Below, piece by piece: positions 41,661 through 62,547 of a stretch of 64,000 nt of DNA. The DNA comes from Macrostomum lignano (lineage: Eukaryota), in NCBI GenBank assembly GCA_002269645.1, contig NIVC01002722.1, forward strand, positions 1 to 64,000, given 5' to 3'. The position numbers and the translations under genes are program-made. A model generated the notes under the pieces. The model saw only the letters and a program-made list of their open reading frames with translations, had not been told where the DNA came from and did no database searches. Within the stretch, counting starts at the first letter, position 1; every line of letters starts with the position of its first letter.

Positions 41661-44065
41661 ATTTAAACAAATCAGACTGCCTCAGAAATGAGATGGGCTT
41701 TATTTGCTTTTGGGTAAAGTGATTTCATTCTTATAAAAGTCTTAATGGCATAGAATCTCCTAGTATAATAACTATTCTGCGTACAGTCAAACCGAACGCG
41801 GGTGTTGGTCGAGGAAACGCAGCGGCAGTGCAGTGCTGGTTCTTTCCTCTATAATTCTATCTCTGCTATTTTTTGCACAGTCGCGTACGTGCACGTGACT
41901 GGTTCTGTCGACCTTAGTCTCTCTCCCCCGCTCCGCTCAGGGCTGCGCATACCTTCTCTCTATTATGCCTCATGCACCTCACCCACCTCAGGCCAAGTAC
42001 AAGCCACGATACTGAGCATAGAGTTGTACGTATTATGCCTGCAGATTTTTACAAGACAAGGGCAAGACAAGGTCGAGGTTCTTAGGGGTGGGTAGTTACT
42101 CCAGTGTTCTTCTCCTCTCCTCTGTCTGTGACTCTCTCTCTCTACTTCTCTTCCGCAGTGTACAGCGGGGAGTGGCGTCAGAGTTCTCTGTCTTTTTCCT
42201 ATAGCTAGCTACAGTTTGGATAAAACATACCGTTTAACAACGCACAACTTTTATTATGCAGCTCTTCCTGTGTTGTCCAATTTGGCTTGATACTTGTAGC
42301 TCGTAATAGATCAAAACTCAAAAGCGTCTGGAAAATAAATTAGTATTCAATGTGCCTGGCGTCTGCTGAACCAGCTATCGCGTTGCATTTCATCAATCAA
42401 TCTAAAAACCTGCACTAATCTGGTTGGCATAGTTAATATCGAAGATGCCCAAGTTTTCCCAGATATCTGGTAAGTGTTCATAATAATACTTCAGAAGTAA
42501 CTGCGTCATGAGCTTTTACTATCAATCTTGATTCCGAAATTATATGCATTAGATAAATTATATCAAATAACTCGCGCAATTACAATTCAATTCGCAATGC
42601 CATCGCCATATAGGCAAGCAGGCAAGCAGCGATGAGTCTTCTGAGCAGAAGACCGCTGTAGGAGACTCAGTCAAGGGAAGAGGTGAGGTCGAAAATTTAA
42701 GCAAGAGACGTTTGTATAGCTGAGGAAAAACACAGTGTAAAAAAGCAAAAGGTGCATGCAGATCAGAGCAGCTCAGAGTTTATAGCAAAACCTCTGACTC
42801 TCATGCCACGACCCCGTGGTTCGATTCTGTGAGCGACCACGTAAATTCTGGGTTAGTGTGTGCACGAAAATTGGATAATGGGTTGTGGGACTCGTGGGAC
42901 CCTACCGACAATCGTCAGCGCCGGTTGTGGGACCATGTTGCCGAATGCGTTGCACTTTTCAGGCCCACAACCAGCCTGCAAATCATCTGCTTTTAATTTA
43001 TAATATAGGCGCATGTAAGAATTGAGGCATCTTAGCTAGCTGACTGCGCAAAAGGCAAATCAATTTATAACATGCCACGTAAAACCGCGCGAAGACAGTC
43101 GGCGGTGCCCACTAGCTAGGAGACTTGCGAGGAAATGCTTGCGCATGATTTGCACGAAATCTTTAACTTTTTAAGAGTCGTTTTCTTTCTATTAATCGGC
43201 CGAGAAATCAAATCGGAACTTATTCAAATTTGTACTTCTGACTCGGCTTCGCTGATCTCACTAAAAGATTTTTGTTACAACGTCTCCTGCTTCACGTTGC
43301 ATGCGTGAGTCATCCAGTGATTTTACAATGACTTTTCAAAGCCTTTGAAATCTGATAAAAACACTAACGCGGAATGCTGCCGATTGGCATCAAGAATGTT
43401 TTTTGTGAATAATATTTATCGAAGTTGACGAGTACTTACTTAACAGGTTGAAGTTCATAATGTCATCAGGTAACAGTCTATTTGTCGAATAGTTGCCTCA
43501 TTGAATGCATTTACATTGTTGGTATTTCCAGAGCGCTTCCAACGGCTCAAGGCGTATTGGGAAGATCTGGGGGCATCTTCGACATCGCCAACTGCCAGAG
43601 GAGCTGAAGGCTACACGGGATTGTAAGAAGTTATTATGCTGTAAAATTTGAATTTTCACAAAGTATTTAAGAGTGCTTGTTAGTTTTGAGTTCTTAAATG
43701 ACTGAATTAGTCCTACTCATACGACCGCGATTTTATACCTGACTGATCTAAGTCTTTCATAAATTAATCATCTACATGGTATTTTGACTTTCAGCGGATC
43801 AACTCACCGTCTCGCCCCTGCTGGTGGCAGTTTGCGAAAGTACTCAAATCATGCAACCAATTCATCTGGTGATCAAAGGCCTCAGCATGAGATGGTGGCT
43901 TCTACCGGTGAGTGAAACTGAGCACGCAACATCAAAACAATTACAGTGCAACTCAATTATCGCACTGTGATGTTGAACCATCGTCGTTGCCCTACTGGAG
44001 TCAGTAGTGCGTGGAGACAAAACCAAAAGTTATAAACGAGAACTGATTTTGGTGCCTCAGGCCAG

Positions 44066-44392
44066 TGGTTGTGAGTAGGGGTTGTAGCCTAGTGGTTAGA
44101 GCGTCGGACTCACCACTGATAGGTCCGGGGTTCGATTCTCGACCCACTCGGAACAATTTGTGTCCTTGAGCAAGACACTTAACTCTGCATTGCTTCAGTT
44201 CTACAAGCTGTAAAATGGGTGCCAGCATTCTCTGGTGTAATTGAGGGCCGGTGTGTGGCGACCCCCAGTCCTTGGACTGAACAGCCGTACGCAGCCTTCA
44301 GATGCGCCGCGCAATAGCTGCGGCTGAGCTGTCGGTTGCACATCTGCCCACTGGGGCTGGGATAATCAATTATTTTATTACTATTATCAATA
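44066..44392 (+). mobile_element. Full-length tRNA-derived SINE with candidate 10-bp TSD
   Basis: A-box tagcctagtgg, B-box ggttcgattc, CORE-like tgtgtccttgagcaagacacttaac, AT tail; CTCAGGCCAG at 44056-44065 and 44393-44402. Confidence 0.88.
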
Positions 44393-45951
44393 CTCAGGCC
44401 AGACTAAAGCATCTGATGCTCATTTTGGCGCAAGGACCAATTCAGAATTTTCTAATTGGTCCTTGAAATTTTGGTCTTTTGAAGTCCTCCATAGCGCTAA
44501 ATGGGGTTTTGTGATAGAAAAATTGGGTGGAGAAGAGAATTAATTAATCAGAGTAAATTCACTAGCAATGCTAAAAATATACGTTCTTTTCCGACCTCAT
44601 CTCATTTCTAAGAAAGTCGAGTTTCCATGCTTTGCTTTGATCAAGTTTCAACCTCCTGAGGTTGAAGTATGGATGAAAGCGAACTGATATTTTTCAGGCA
44701 GTTCCTGGTGCCCTAAATAGTTGGAAAATTAACTATTTCACTCTGATGATGACGGATGTGCACTACCCCCCCCCCGCCCTACCTGCAAAGAAGAACACTT
44801 TTCAATTACCCTAATTAACGGGACCTGAAGCCTTGTTTTGAGGTGTCCAAAAAGTTCTTCTTTGTCATCTTAGTCCGGTGCTTTCAGAAGCTTCTAATAA
44901 AATAGTTGCATGCACTGAATAAATTCACGTTGGAAACCAAATGCTAGTATAATTTCGGGATGCAATGGTGTATTTACTGCGGAGCAAATTTATCATGCAA
45001 TATTTCAATCGCGCAATACGAAATTTAATATTTTGCTCGTATTGTAACAACTAAATATGGCTTGGAGCTGGTTTTCTGTCAGTTGCAAATGGTTAACGGG
45101 GCTTTTATTGCACAATTTATGTGCCGTCTTTCGTATTGGCTGCTACACCCACTGCCAGCGACACGAAATGCTGCGATTATTATCTTGATTGCTCGAAGCA
45201 CAGCTACGCTTGCATGTAGCGACTCTCAGCTCGAGATATTCCGCTCAAACTCTATCGAGTCGAGCGGCTCTATAGGGCTTGAAGGCAGTCACGTGACTTG
45301 AGTCATTAAATTTTGAAGCCTGTTACGTCCAGTTCGAATTCGTTATGGAGCTGGTCCGCGCGATTAAGTCAATAATACATCCAGAAAGAGAGATTATAGA
45401 CTGGACTGAAACTGTGCTTTACGACTCAAAAAAAGATAATTTTGAGTCAATAAATTCAGCTCGGGTTTGACTTTGATAGGGGCCTGTTGGATGCCTCGGG
45501 GCTCGAATGTACTCACTCCCACACTGCAGGGGTGCATTCGTATTTAATGGTTGGGGCGAGTTTGCCGTGTGGAAATCGATATTTAGCTTTGTCGATTTTT
45601 GAATCCATCAGTTTGTTTTAAATTTATTTTACCAGACTGCCTCAGCGGGCAATACGGCAATTCCGAACTGGTCCGAGCTCTGGGGCCCAGCAAAGGTGCT
45701 CGCGCAAGCGGCCGAGGAACCGTCAAGCAGGGTATTCGAAAGCGTTTCGAAAGTAAGTCACCAATGCGAAATTCCGACATCCACTGTCACACGTATATTT
45801 TTCACAATGTCTATCATTTTTGCAATAAATTTCGAACAGTATCATCAACGTCGATAACGTTTCCATAGTACACGTACGTTATTACTCTACTTGGAAGCTT
45901 CTATTATCTTTCTCTTTCCCCGGTTTTTTTTCTATTTTAGTCTTTGAGGAC

Positions 45952-48900
45952 ATGGCTAGCAACGGAGGGTAAGCTTGACGCCAACTGTGTTGAATGCTAA
46001 TTTGAATTTTACAAAAACATTTACGAGAAATAGTTTATGACATTTTAGAGGAAAAATCAATCCAAATATTTCAGCCTGGACAGCCGAAAAGGCAGCTTCT
46101 CTGATGAGACAAAAGCGGAAAGAGCTGAGATATTTCTGAGGGTGAGTTCATATACAGAAGGCGTTTGGAAAGCTAGAGAGAAGTCTTAAGCTTTAGCTTG
46201 CGATAATAATAAGATTATTTGTGAAAACCTTCCATTGATCCTTAATTTGGATGTTATAACTGGGCACTTAAAACAAATTAATCTGCAGTACCAAGCCGAG
46301 AAGCTGCAAGATCGTAGCAAATACAAGTCGGTTTTCTACGATCGAGTTGGGCCGGAGTTCGAAGATCCAACTGCGAGACTGAGTAAGACTACATTTTTTT
46401 CTTTTTATGCCAAACCAGCTCTGTCAATTGTCTACTTAAAATCGAAGAGAATGAAATGTAAAACAAAGGACTACTTAACAACAAGTAGTGCTGGGAGAAA
46501 GTCGCCATGGTTCTCCCTCCAGACACGATGCAGTAGCCGTAGCTAGAGGCAGAGTTGATTTGGGATCTGTCAGTGAAGCAGTGGATTTCACGGGGTTTCC
46601 AGTTGTCTCTGGCCTCATGACGTGGTGCAGGAATGCTGGTTTTGAATTTGAGCCGAGAGCAGAGCGTGGATGGGATTCCGTCCGAGAGGGTCAGCAGGCC
46701 TCCCGCTGCTTTCAGATCACGCCGTGCGGACGGAGGTTCCGCTTTCTGAAAGCGTCGAGCAGACGGCGGGTGGTCTTCATTGCCTCCCCTCTGACAAAGA
46801 GGTCAAGAGGGGATGTCCAGGAAGTAGTTCATGCCAGCAAAGGGCGTAGAGGGAGTCGTGCAATGGCAGTATATAGCTCGACAAGCGCGGCCTTGCACCC
46901 TGTTAAGAGCTTCAAGAACCCCTTTCACCTCTAGAGCACTGTTCCAGATGAAGCCGGCGAAGGAGCTGGTTTGGTCTAACAATGGCAGTGTAAACCCACC
47001 AGAGGCGGCGGGAGGAGAGGCCGCAGTTTTTAAGTAGTCCTTGTGTAAATCACGCGTCTCGGAGTTTCCGCTTATATTGTAGTTTTGTTTAATCCATACT
47101 TCAGGCGCGTTACAGACGTCGGATAGTGAGGGCGATCTTCATGAGAATCACGGATCTGCTGCTACAACATCAGCCACTTCTGTTGGTGCAACGAATAACC
47201 GGAGTTCAGCTTTAAGATTAGCCGAACAGTCAGGAAACTTGTCAGACGAGTCGCAGCAGCCGCAGCCGCAAGACCAGCGAGGCGGTGAGCTGGCCGGAAG
47301 GCTGACCAGCAGCGGGCCCAGCCGAACTCTCTGGCGAAACATGCCAGAAGTTGCCGAAGCTGGACTGTTGGAATCGCTGTCTAAGGATGAGGTCAAGCTG
47401 AAGGAGGTACGTTGCTTTGAAAAACAAGTACAAAAAACAAGTTGTAACTAGCTTGTAGTAGAGACAGGATTTCTCATATGGTTAGGGATTTAACACCAGG
47501 GGCTTTAGCACCAGGGGCTTTAGCACCAGGGGCTTTAGCACCAAGTGCTTTAGCACCCGGGGCTTTAGCACCAGGGGCTTTAGCACCAGGGGCTTTAGCA
47601 CCAGGGGCTTTAGCACCAAGTGCTTTAGCACCCGGGGCTTTAGCACCAGGGGCTTTAGCACCAAGGGATTTAGCACCAGGGGCTTTAGCACCAAGGGCTT
47701 TAGCACCAAGTGCTTTAGCACCCGGGGCTTTAGCACCAGAGGCTTTAGCACCAAGGGATTTAGCACCAGGGGCTTTAGCACCAGGGGCTTTAGCACCAGG
47801 GGCTTTAGCACCAGGCGCTTTAGCACCAGGGGCTTTAGCACCAGGGGCTTTAGCACCAGAGGCTTTAGCACCAGGCGCTTTAGCACCAGGGGCTTTAGCA
47901 CCAGGAAGGGGCTTTAGCACTGGGTGCGCCCTAGCTACAAACTACGACCTTGCTAATGTATGCATCTACCAAACATATTGATTCAATTAGCAAAATGCAT
48001 CTGAAAAATCGATCTGATTTTCAACATAATTTCAGGCCCAGTTCGAATTCATCACTTCGGAGGCGTCTTACTACAAAAACTTGCTGGTCTTAGTTGACGT
48101 GTTCTACAACAGTTCCCTGTTTGATCACACACGCCAAAATGCACTGGTTAAGGCTCTGGATAAGCACCATCTGTTCTCAAATATCGTGGACATCATTGAG
48201 TGCTCAACCTCGTAAGTGAACTGTTGGATTTTTTTAATTAGATACATGCGTCAAGACCCAAGCAACTTCATCACATGGCAGCCAACATCTTGACTTTGTA
48301 CGATTATATGGAACTATAAGGAATGAAAAATAAAAAAAAATCGGTTGCTGAAAAGTTTTCCAGATTTCCATTGGATTCAGACAAACAGATTTTTTGGAAA
48401 AAAAACCCAATATTTAACAAAGTTGACAAGAAACAGAGAGATTTTGAAAGTATGACAAACTTTCACAGGAAAATTCTGATAGTTTTCTGGTCTAAAATTG
48501 TGTTCAATGCGTGTATAGGCTATACAACAAGTGTCTACGAAAATTCACAGGCACGTCGCCAACTGGGGGGACAGGGGGGACATGTCCCCCTCAGTAAAAG
48601 CTATGGGGGTGGGGGGGACATGCAAATGCTTTGTCCCGGCCCATCCCACCCCACTTTGTGACCTGCTGTGGCAATCAATAAGTTTTCTTCAGGGCGCCAA
48701 AGAAAAAATGAGTGTCTGTGGCACTAAAAGTAATGCCTATGGCGCCGAAATGAGTGCCTGCGGCGCCAAAATGAGTGCCTGCGGCAATAAAAGGAGTGCC
48801 TATGGCGCCGAAATGAGTGCCTGCGGCGCCAAAATGAGTGCCTGCGGCGCCAAAATGAGTGCCTGCGGCGCTAAAATGAGTGCCTGCGGCAATAAAAGGA

Positions 48901-51900
48901 ATGCCTATGGCGCCGAAATGAGTGCCTGTGGCGCCAAAATGAATTCCTGCGGCGCCAAGATGAGTGCCTACAGCGCTAAAATGAATGCCTGTGGCGCCGA
49001 AATGAGTGCCTGTGGCACTAAAATGAGTGCCTGCGGCGCCAAAATGAATGCCTGCGGCGCCGAAATGAATGCCTGCGGCGCTAAAAGGAATGCCTGTGCC
49101 ATTCCATAAAATGCACAAAATCCACCATAAAATCCTTAGCGACGCCCCTGAATAGTCATAACGTTCCTATACCTGTTCCCAGCTCATTTCTAAGAAAGTC
49201 GAGTGTAGTGTCCTACTTGAACTGTTCATATACTGCTAGTGTGGCGCGAAAATCGCATTAGTGTGCAACCATGCGAGCGACACGCGTTCCATCAAGTCTT
49301 ATCTACCAGAGTGTTTACCCTTGACATGCACTTGACAGCATAGATGTCAGTTTCTCGGTCAATGTTTCTCCGAATAAAATAGCTTCGCCACTTCATCGAT
49401 TCTAATTAGATATTATCTCTGCCTGTTTATGAGTGCTAATAGAAAAAATAATAATTGATTATTAAACCTACCCTAATGTACTGATGTGACACCGACAGCT
49501 TAAAGACAGTGTACGGCTGTATAGTCCAAGGAGTGGGGGGGGTGGGATCGCTTCACGCAACCTCAATTATCCCCAGCTAATGCTGGCACCCATTTTACAG
49601 CTGGGTAAACTGAAGCAATGCAGAGTTAAGTGTCTTGCTCAATAACACAAATTTTTCCGAGTGTGTCGGGAATCGAACCCCTGACCTTTCAGTTATGAGT
49701 CGACCGACGCTCTAACCACTAGCCTAAAACCCTCACTCGGGGTATTAGTGTTAAGTTAAGTACTCGCAGGAGGGTTTGGGGCCACCCAGAATCGCACAGA
49801 ACCCCCCCCCCTCCTCAGACCCCTCTCCTCGGTCGAGCACAAGCACCATTGCTCAGACCTTCCGCGATGGTTTCCGATTCAGGTGCAGCATGGAATTTTC
49901 AGTGACGGCTTTGTGTGCTGCTCCTTGCGTTGTTAACGCCCGACTAAAATTTCACAGTGACAACATCCTGTGTCGCAGACCTTATACTTATTCTCATGCT
50001 ATTCGACTTACTTTTAGTAGTCTGGCGCACAAATTAACCAACCAGTCTGACTACATCTGATTAATATAGTATCTTCAATTGACAAAATCAAATCTTCAAC
50101 AGATTTCTCAAAGCCATGGAAGAGCAATGGAAGAAGAGCCCGAGAATGGAATGGATTAGCCAAGTTATCCTAGACAGCATCGAGAGCCTGAAAGTTTATA
50201 AAGACTATTGCCGGAATTTCTACTATCAGACAAAGACTCTGCACAAACTCTGCGAGAATGCCGATTTTGTGAATGAGCTCGGCGAGCTGGAGCAGCGGCC
50301 CGACTGTCGCCGCATTGCCCTGCAGAGCTACCTGGAGATGCCGATGAAGCGGGTGATGAGTCTGCAGCTGCTCATGGACGCTGTGGTTCGTAGGATGTCG
50401 CAGGATGATCCAAATTATGGCGCCAGCATGTTGGCACTGGGCCAGCTGCTCACCCTGGCCAGAGAGTGCGACCAGGAGTCACGGATGATGTCTGAGAAGG
50501 AGCAGATGCTCAAACTTCAGAATCAGCTCATCTTTACTAAAGTCAAGGCAAGTTTTTTTCATTCAAATTTAGATTCCAGAGACTCGTTCTCATTTATTTG
50601 ATTTTTGAAAATTGTCATCTCTCTTCTACAGAAAGTCGGTTGCTGGGGCGGTGGCCGTCACCTGATCCGCGAGGCGCAGGTTCGAGTGATCAGCGCTACG
50701 CCGAATACGCAGGGCTTCGTGGCGAAGATGTTCCTACGAAAGAACTACCTGCAGTTGCACGCCTTCTCAGACCTGCTTATCGTGTCCAAGCCGAAGAGGT
50801 AAGTTGCCGCTCTTTCTAGTTGGGTTATTCTGCCCTCGAAATTATGATTGCGTATTACTGGATAAAGTTACAAACCATCTATCTATTGTTAGTAGCATTA
50901 CGTACTTGTTTTTTAGCGCCCTTTCACAAGATCTTGAGAAATTCTGTTACAAAGCGAGTGTGTGAAAATTTTCTCGATATATTAAGCTTGCAGGATTTTT
51001 ATCTCAGTTTAAAATTAAGAGTGGTTTTGTAGAGTTTAGCTTTAAAATGCGTTTATTTATTTTTAGCGACCAAGGCTTCCAAGTGCTGAAGCACTGTCCA
51101 CGAGCCTATGTGGACGTTGAATACCTGTCCAACGCATCCTACTCAACCTTTGATGAGTCCTCTCAAAAGCCAACTCTGAGACTTCGCATGGTAGACAGCT
51201 CAGACGGTACTCCGCCAGTCTCTCTGGTGCTGGAGATGCCTAGCAGGGAGGAAGCTGAGCGATGGCTGATGATCTTCAGCCCTCGGGACGAGCTGGGCGA
51301 CCCGGTGTACGAGCCCGACGACTGTCCTCAGGCCGAGGCGATCCGGGCCTATACCGCTCAGCAGAAAGACGACTTGGAACTGCGACGAGGGGACATAGTT
51401 AACATCTACAAGAAGACTGAGGATGGTTAGCTTAATTCTGATGCTTTTTGTGCACCCATCAGATAGCATGATGAGTTTAGCAGGTTCGATTTAATGGGGT
51501 CCTTATGTACAAAAAATGTGTTTGATTATTTCCCATGCGATTCACACCTCTATTAGAGTCAACACCCAGGAGTGTTATATACTATCTGGAGTTTGGGCCA
51601 GTTACTGCCGACGAATTTATTACTTTTTGTGCGTAAATACCGTCTGTTTAGTCGTCACTGAGGTCCATCGATTGCTGCTCCTTGTCCACCTTGATGACTA
51701 AACTCTTTTGTGATAGAGCTGATAGCTACGTAGATACGCTTTTACCCTACTAGTAATGACAAGGGGTTTGGGAGTTTCTATACTGGCATAGACCAGTTGG
51801 GATCTGGGAAAAGAAAACCTCCTGCCTTGTCGCGTTGGGACTTAAAAAATACAGGCAAAACTGAAACTTTGGGTCAACTAGGGATAAGCGAGGTAAAGCC

Positions 51901-52172
51901 AAGGAATGAGGGACTGGTAATACGTAAAAATGGTAGTCATTGCTTAATCTCTTATATTTCGAGACACTGCGCCCACGCCTCTCTCCGTCCCCTGCACCCT
52001 CACCACAGGTTGGTACCTGGGCAGCCGGCTCACTCAGCTGGGCCATCGCGGCTGGTTTCCAGCCAACCACGTGCGCGAAATCGAGAACGAGCACTACAAA
52101 GCCAAACTCAAGAAGGTGTCTTTTCGTCGAAAAAGTGCCGTAGCAGCTTATGCAAGGCACAAACACTTGTAA
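45952..52172 (+). CDS. Ephexin/SGEF-type RhoGEF (DH-PH-SH3); confident exons 47105-47406, 48036-48211, 50103-50547, 50632-50798, 51067-51425, 52009-52172; tentative 5' exons from 45952
   Basis: LWRNMPEV..KLKEAQFEFITSEASYYKNL, LQSYLEMPMKRV, AFSDLLIVSKPK, AYTAQQKDDLELRRGDIV..GWYLG..GWFPANHV; splice phases consistent. Confidence 0.88.
46560..47040 (-). mobile_element. Fragment of the same RNase H-LINE family as 1670-3030
   Basis: Minus strand reads FIWNSAL..EALNRVQGRACR..LDLFVRGEAMKTTRRL, matching the 1850-2060 segment. Confidence 0.75.
47492..47918 (-). repeat. 15-bp minisatellite (accaggggctttagc), inverse of the 41470-41660 array
   Basis: Exact reverse complement of gctaaagcccctggt. Confidence 0.9.
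48548..49150. repeat. Possible MITE containing a 21-bp array (atgagtgcctgcggcgccaaa, 48710-49100)
   Basis: Imperfect termini caggcacgtcgc ... gcgacgcccctg; tandem array is certain, MITE call tentative. Confidence 0.5.
49440..49735 (-). mobile_element. tRNA-derived SINE copy
   Basis: Reverse-complement match to the 44078 copy. Confidence 0.82.
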
Positions 52173-54844
52173 ATATTCACAGGGCTGATACGTAATCTCG
52201 AATGGAAAACAACAACAGTATTTGTCCCGTCTGTCTGCATGCCAATTCAACTTTGCACTGCGTCTTTCAGTTGCGGTTAATTTTGTGCTAATGCTTTTTA
52301 CTCATAATTTAATAATAACTATTCATTGCCTAATTTATTTATTTAATAGCACACATTGCGTGTGTGTACGAAAATTGGCCTGGGGGAGCTGTTGTACGAT
52401 TCCAGCCATGAGGACCAATCGGCCCTAAGGCACGGAGAGTGTGACACATGCCTGGCGAGTGTGTAAGAGTGCGTGTCTGTGTACAGTATTGCGCGTTTGC
52501 ATGTGCTCATCAGGAGTCAGCGATATGCGTTGGTTGTACTATTATTATATCTATGACTAATATAAGCACAGGCCTTTACATGTACATACATTGCCTTTGA
52601 TCACATAACTACTAAAAGTACACGCACAAGCAACTCCTGCAGTGCCTGTAAGCGACGCTCGGTTTTATAATCTACTTTAATAAGTGCTTTGATTTCTTTC
52701 TAAAAAAATTGATGAGCTATTTTTTACCTGCTTAACCCTGCTTGACTGTACATCTGCCGGACATCGAATTCTAATAGTTAGTTAAACGACCTTGGAGTTG
52801 TTTTTTGAGAATACTCTCAAGTCTGCTGCTAGTATATATCTGTGCCTTTTCAATGCGGACATCATTCCATAGTTTTTACGCAGTCTGCTGTAAATATTCG
52901 CGCTTTTAAATCGACCCTGTTCTAACGTATTAATTATTTTCCGGCTTTTTTGTACTTTAGCTGTGAAATTCAAGGAAAGTAGTTCCAGAGGGTGAAACAA
53001 AAAATCTTCCAATGCTACTGATACATGTATACAGTAGTTCGGTGCAGTCAGATGCTCTATTATATTTTTAAGCGCAACAGCAAACAATGAAGTGTGATCT
53101 ATATGCTCGTAATGTAGTTCATATTTTCCTACCAATACGCTCGTACTCAATGGAGTGCTATATTGATTTCTTAGCTTCAAAGTTACTCGGGGACCAATAA
53201 GTGCGTTTCAAAGTTTCTGGAAAAAATACACTGTCTATTTTGCGTAACAATTTTAATAGGATCAAGTGTAATTTAACACCAAACATTTTCGGCTGGGAAT
53301 TCATGCAATAATGGCAATATCAGCTTTATATTTCTTTTATCGTTGTTTGTATAATTGAACCGCAGAAAAATTGCGCAAGTTACGAACATTTAATTGTACA
53401 CAGCCATGCATATACTTACGTTTCAACAAAGGCAAAATTTAAAATTCAATACAAAACATTGTATTTTGAAATTTTGTTGGTTGGTAAGAAACAGTTTGAA
53501 GAGCTTTAAATTTTTAATACGCTCGATCGTAAGTCGAATTATTTCGTCAACTAAATTCGTCAGATTCATTTTCGTTGAAAGACAATCTAAATCTAATTTT
53601 TCGAAATGAATGAATGAAAAAAGACGTCGATAGTGTGTGAAAATGGTGAAATAAAAAAACAGTTTTTAGTACCAGAATCTGTGACACAATTGTTAAAAAT
53701 ACTTTCCGATTAAATTTATATAATTCTTGTTAAAACTTGAATATGCTGATTTATCAAATCTAATTTATTGTCTAAAAATAATTTTCTATATACACTATCA
53801 AAGAGTTTGTAACGGAAATTTGGGGTCTAAAATACTGAAAATTGAGATAGGCTGTAACATGTAATATCATGTAAATAGTAATATATATACTGTTCTTGCA
53901 ATTGTAATTGTGAAAATTAATAACATGAGCAAAAGTTAGGCATGCAGCTACTGTTTTAGCGTAAAACCGTGGTTATAAATAATTGGTTGGCAATGATAAC
54001 AGCAAAATAATAAAAACTGATAAAACGTGAAGTATAAAATGCTGTTCAACTGCATGCTTATAAAATTACTTGTTGTGAAACCTGCTGGAAGTTGTTGAAA
54101 TTATATGAACGAGACTTTAAGACTTTTCGAGAATAGCACAGGAACTAAAATTAATTTTTTTTGTCAGGAGATCTATATGTACACTCGATTTCTACGTAGT
54201 TTCTTGTAAATTTTTGAGAGGTAGGTGGTTACAGAAAAAATGAATTATGGAGATATATAGGAGGTTTTCATATTGGTATAGCTTTTGATAGAAGGTAGAC
54301 TCAATGTTCCTTTTTTCTATAAATGACTTGCCTTTCAATTTATAGCTAGCTTTACTGATGTTCTTATTGGTTTTATGAATCTATTTTATCATTCTGCTAC
54401 ACTTTTTTGTTACATAGTCATAAAGAACGATTTTTTACTTCTAGGCACAGGACATATGTATGTACATGTAGGATATAAAATTAACAGTGTCCTAAAACAA
54501 TGAAAACCTCCTATCTTCGTAATGCATCTTTCCGGTAAAACCTGCCTCAATTTTTTAAAAGTAACCTAGTTTCCCGATCTTCTACTCAGGTAGGCCTTGA
54601 ATCCAATTTCTCATCTGTAGAGGACATCTTGTACTAAGATCTTAAACTTATTTTAAAAAAAAAACTCGAGTATAGCGTTCTATTACTTCAGCTGGCCATA
54701 CAGTAAAAAACTTTTAGGTGTAATTGGTTTTTTAAAGCTTTTGAAAAAAAGGTTTTGTTTGTTTTACTTAATTTACAAGATACCGTTTGAACATTGCTAC
54801 TGGAACTGGAGGTGAACATTGAATCGTCTCTCGTGTCAATGTCG

Positions 54845-61075
<6,231 letters not shown>

Positions 61076-62547
61076 CTGCGCTGCCGATCGTTATGGAATT
61101 GACGTCTGCTAACTGTGGGATTTTATTTTATTTAACTGAATTAACTTAAATCCTCAAAGTGATAATTATATTAATTTTTTTAAGTTATAAAAGACTAAAA
61201 GAATATAAAAAGTATTAAAGACTAATCATTTATTCTTTTTTGTTTAGGGCTGAAAGCTGAATAAGAAGGCAAGCAGCGCAAAAGAATTAAGTATACAAAG
61301 TACTTCAAAGTTACACAATACGATAAAAGCCATAAACAACTGCTGAAACTAAGCATTTTAAATAGGACTTGAAATTTGCATGCATAAATTCTAACTTAAC
61401 AATTGTAGTTTATAACTTTATACATTGAACTTTTTATCTAATACAGAGATGGAGGGCTGGAAATTTCAATAAGCACTTTGCTTTTATAACACTTAGTAAC
61501 TTTTCATTCAAAATTATTTTATTTATTACAGATATTTCTATTTATTCGATTAAGCAAATCTATTATTATCAGTGGATATCGATTTCACAAACAAAACACA
61601 ATTGTAAATTCAGTTTCAATACCGACTTTATTAAATAAAAACTGTGATAACTGTGATACTTACAGCAAAATTATTTATAATACTTTCGAAACGGTGTAAT
61701 CATATTCTTTTCAAATTTTACAATAAAATTATGATGAGAGCCCTGTCCGTGGCCGTCGAAAACGTGCTTTGCCACCTTAAAAAAGATGGTAAAAATCATG
61801 TTGAAAAAGTGCGTTACTTGTTTTTAATAGATTCAGAGTGTTAAAACAAATTTACACATGCATTCGAAGATTCGGATGATTGTAATGTAAGGATAATTTT
61901 AGTTTAAAATTTTTTATAATATTACGAGCTAAATTCAGATTTTTTATCTAGAAGCTAATGCATTAGTAGATATCGCCAGCATCGTGAGCTAGATTATTGA
62001 ACATTGTCTAACAGGCTTAAAAACTTTTTTAATTAGGGCATTAAAGTATACGCATCAGAGTATCATGCATTTAGAAAAAGATAGTTTAAAGCATCGCATG
62101 CTTTATTTTTATTGAATAATTTTCAACTGGAAAGTTCATTTTTAATTCCTACGGTTCTGGAAGACAACAGAATATTTTAAACTTAATGCGGACGCCGTGG
62201 GAAACCTTTGGCAAGCATCTGAGTCAAAGACAAAGTCTATTTCCTCTTCAGAACTAGACTATGCATGAAAAATCTGATCCAACCCTTTGAACTGGATCCC
62301 ATCATCATGATGGACTGCTCGACACACTTGATCCTAAAAGCTGCAGGCTATACATGTATATACTGTAGCTTCCTAGCTATGTACATGTACATGGTAATCA
62401 ACACTTAAAGTTATACTACGCCATATTAACAATTTGATCCATTATGCATCAATTACTGAAACTTGGCTACCGATCGGATCCGACGTTGAAATAATTAAAT
62501 CAAGAATGGCAAAGCTGATCAGGTTTGTTTTTATACATTATGTTTTG

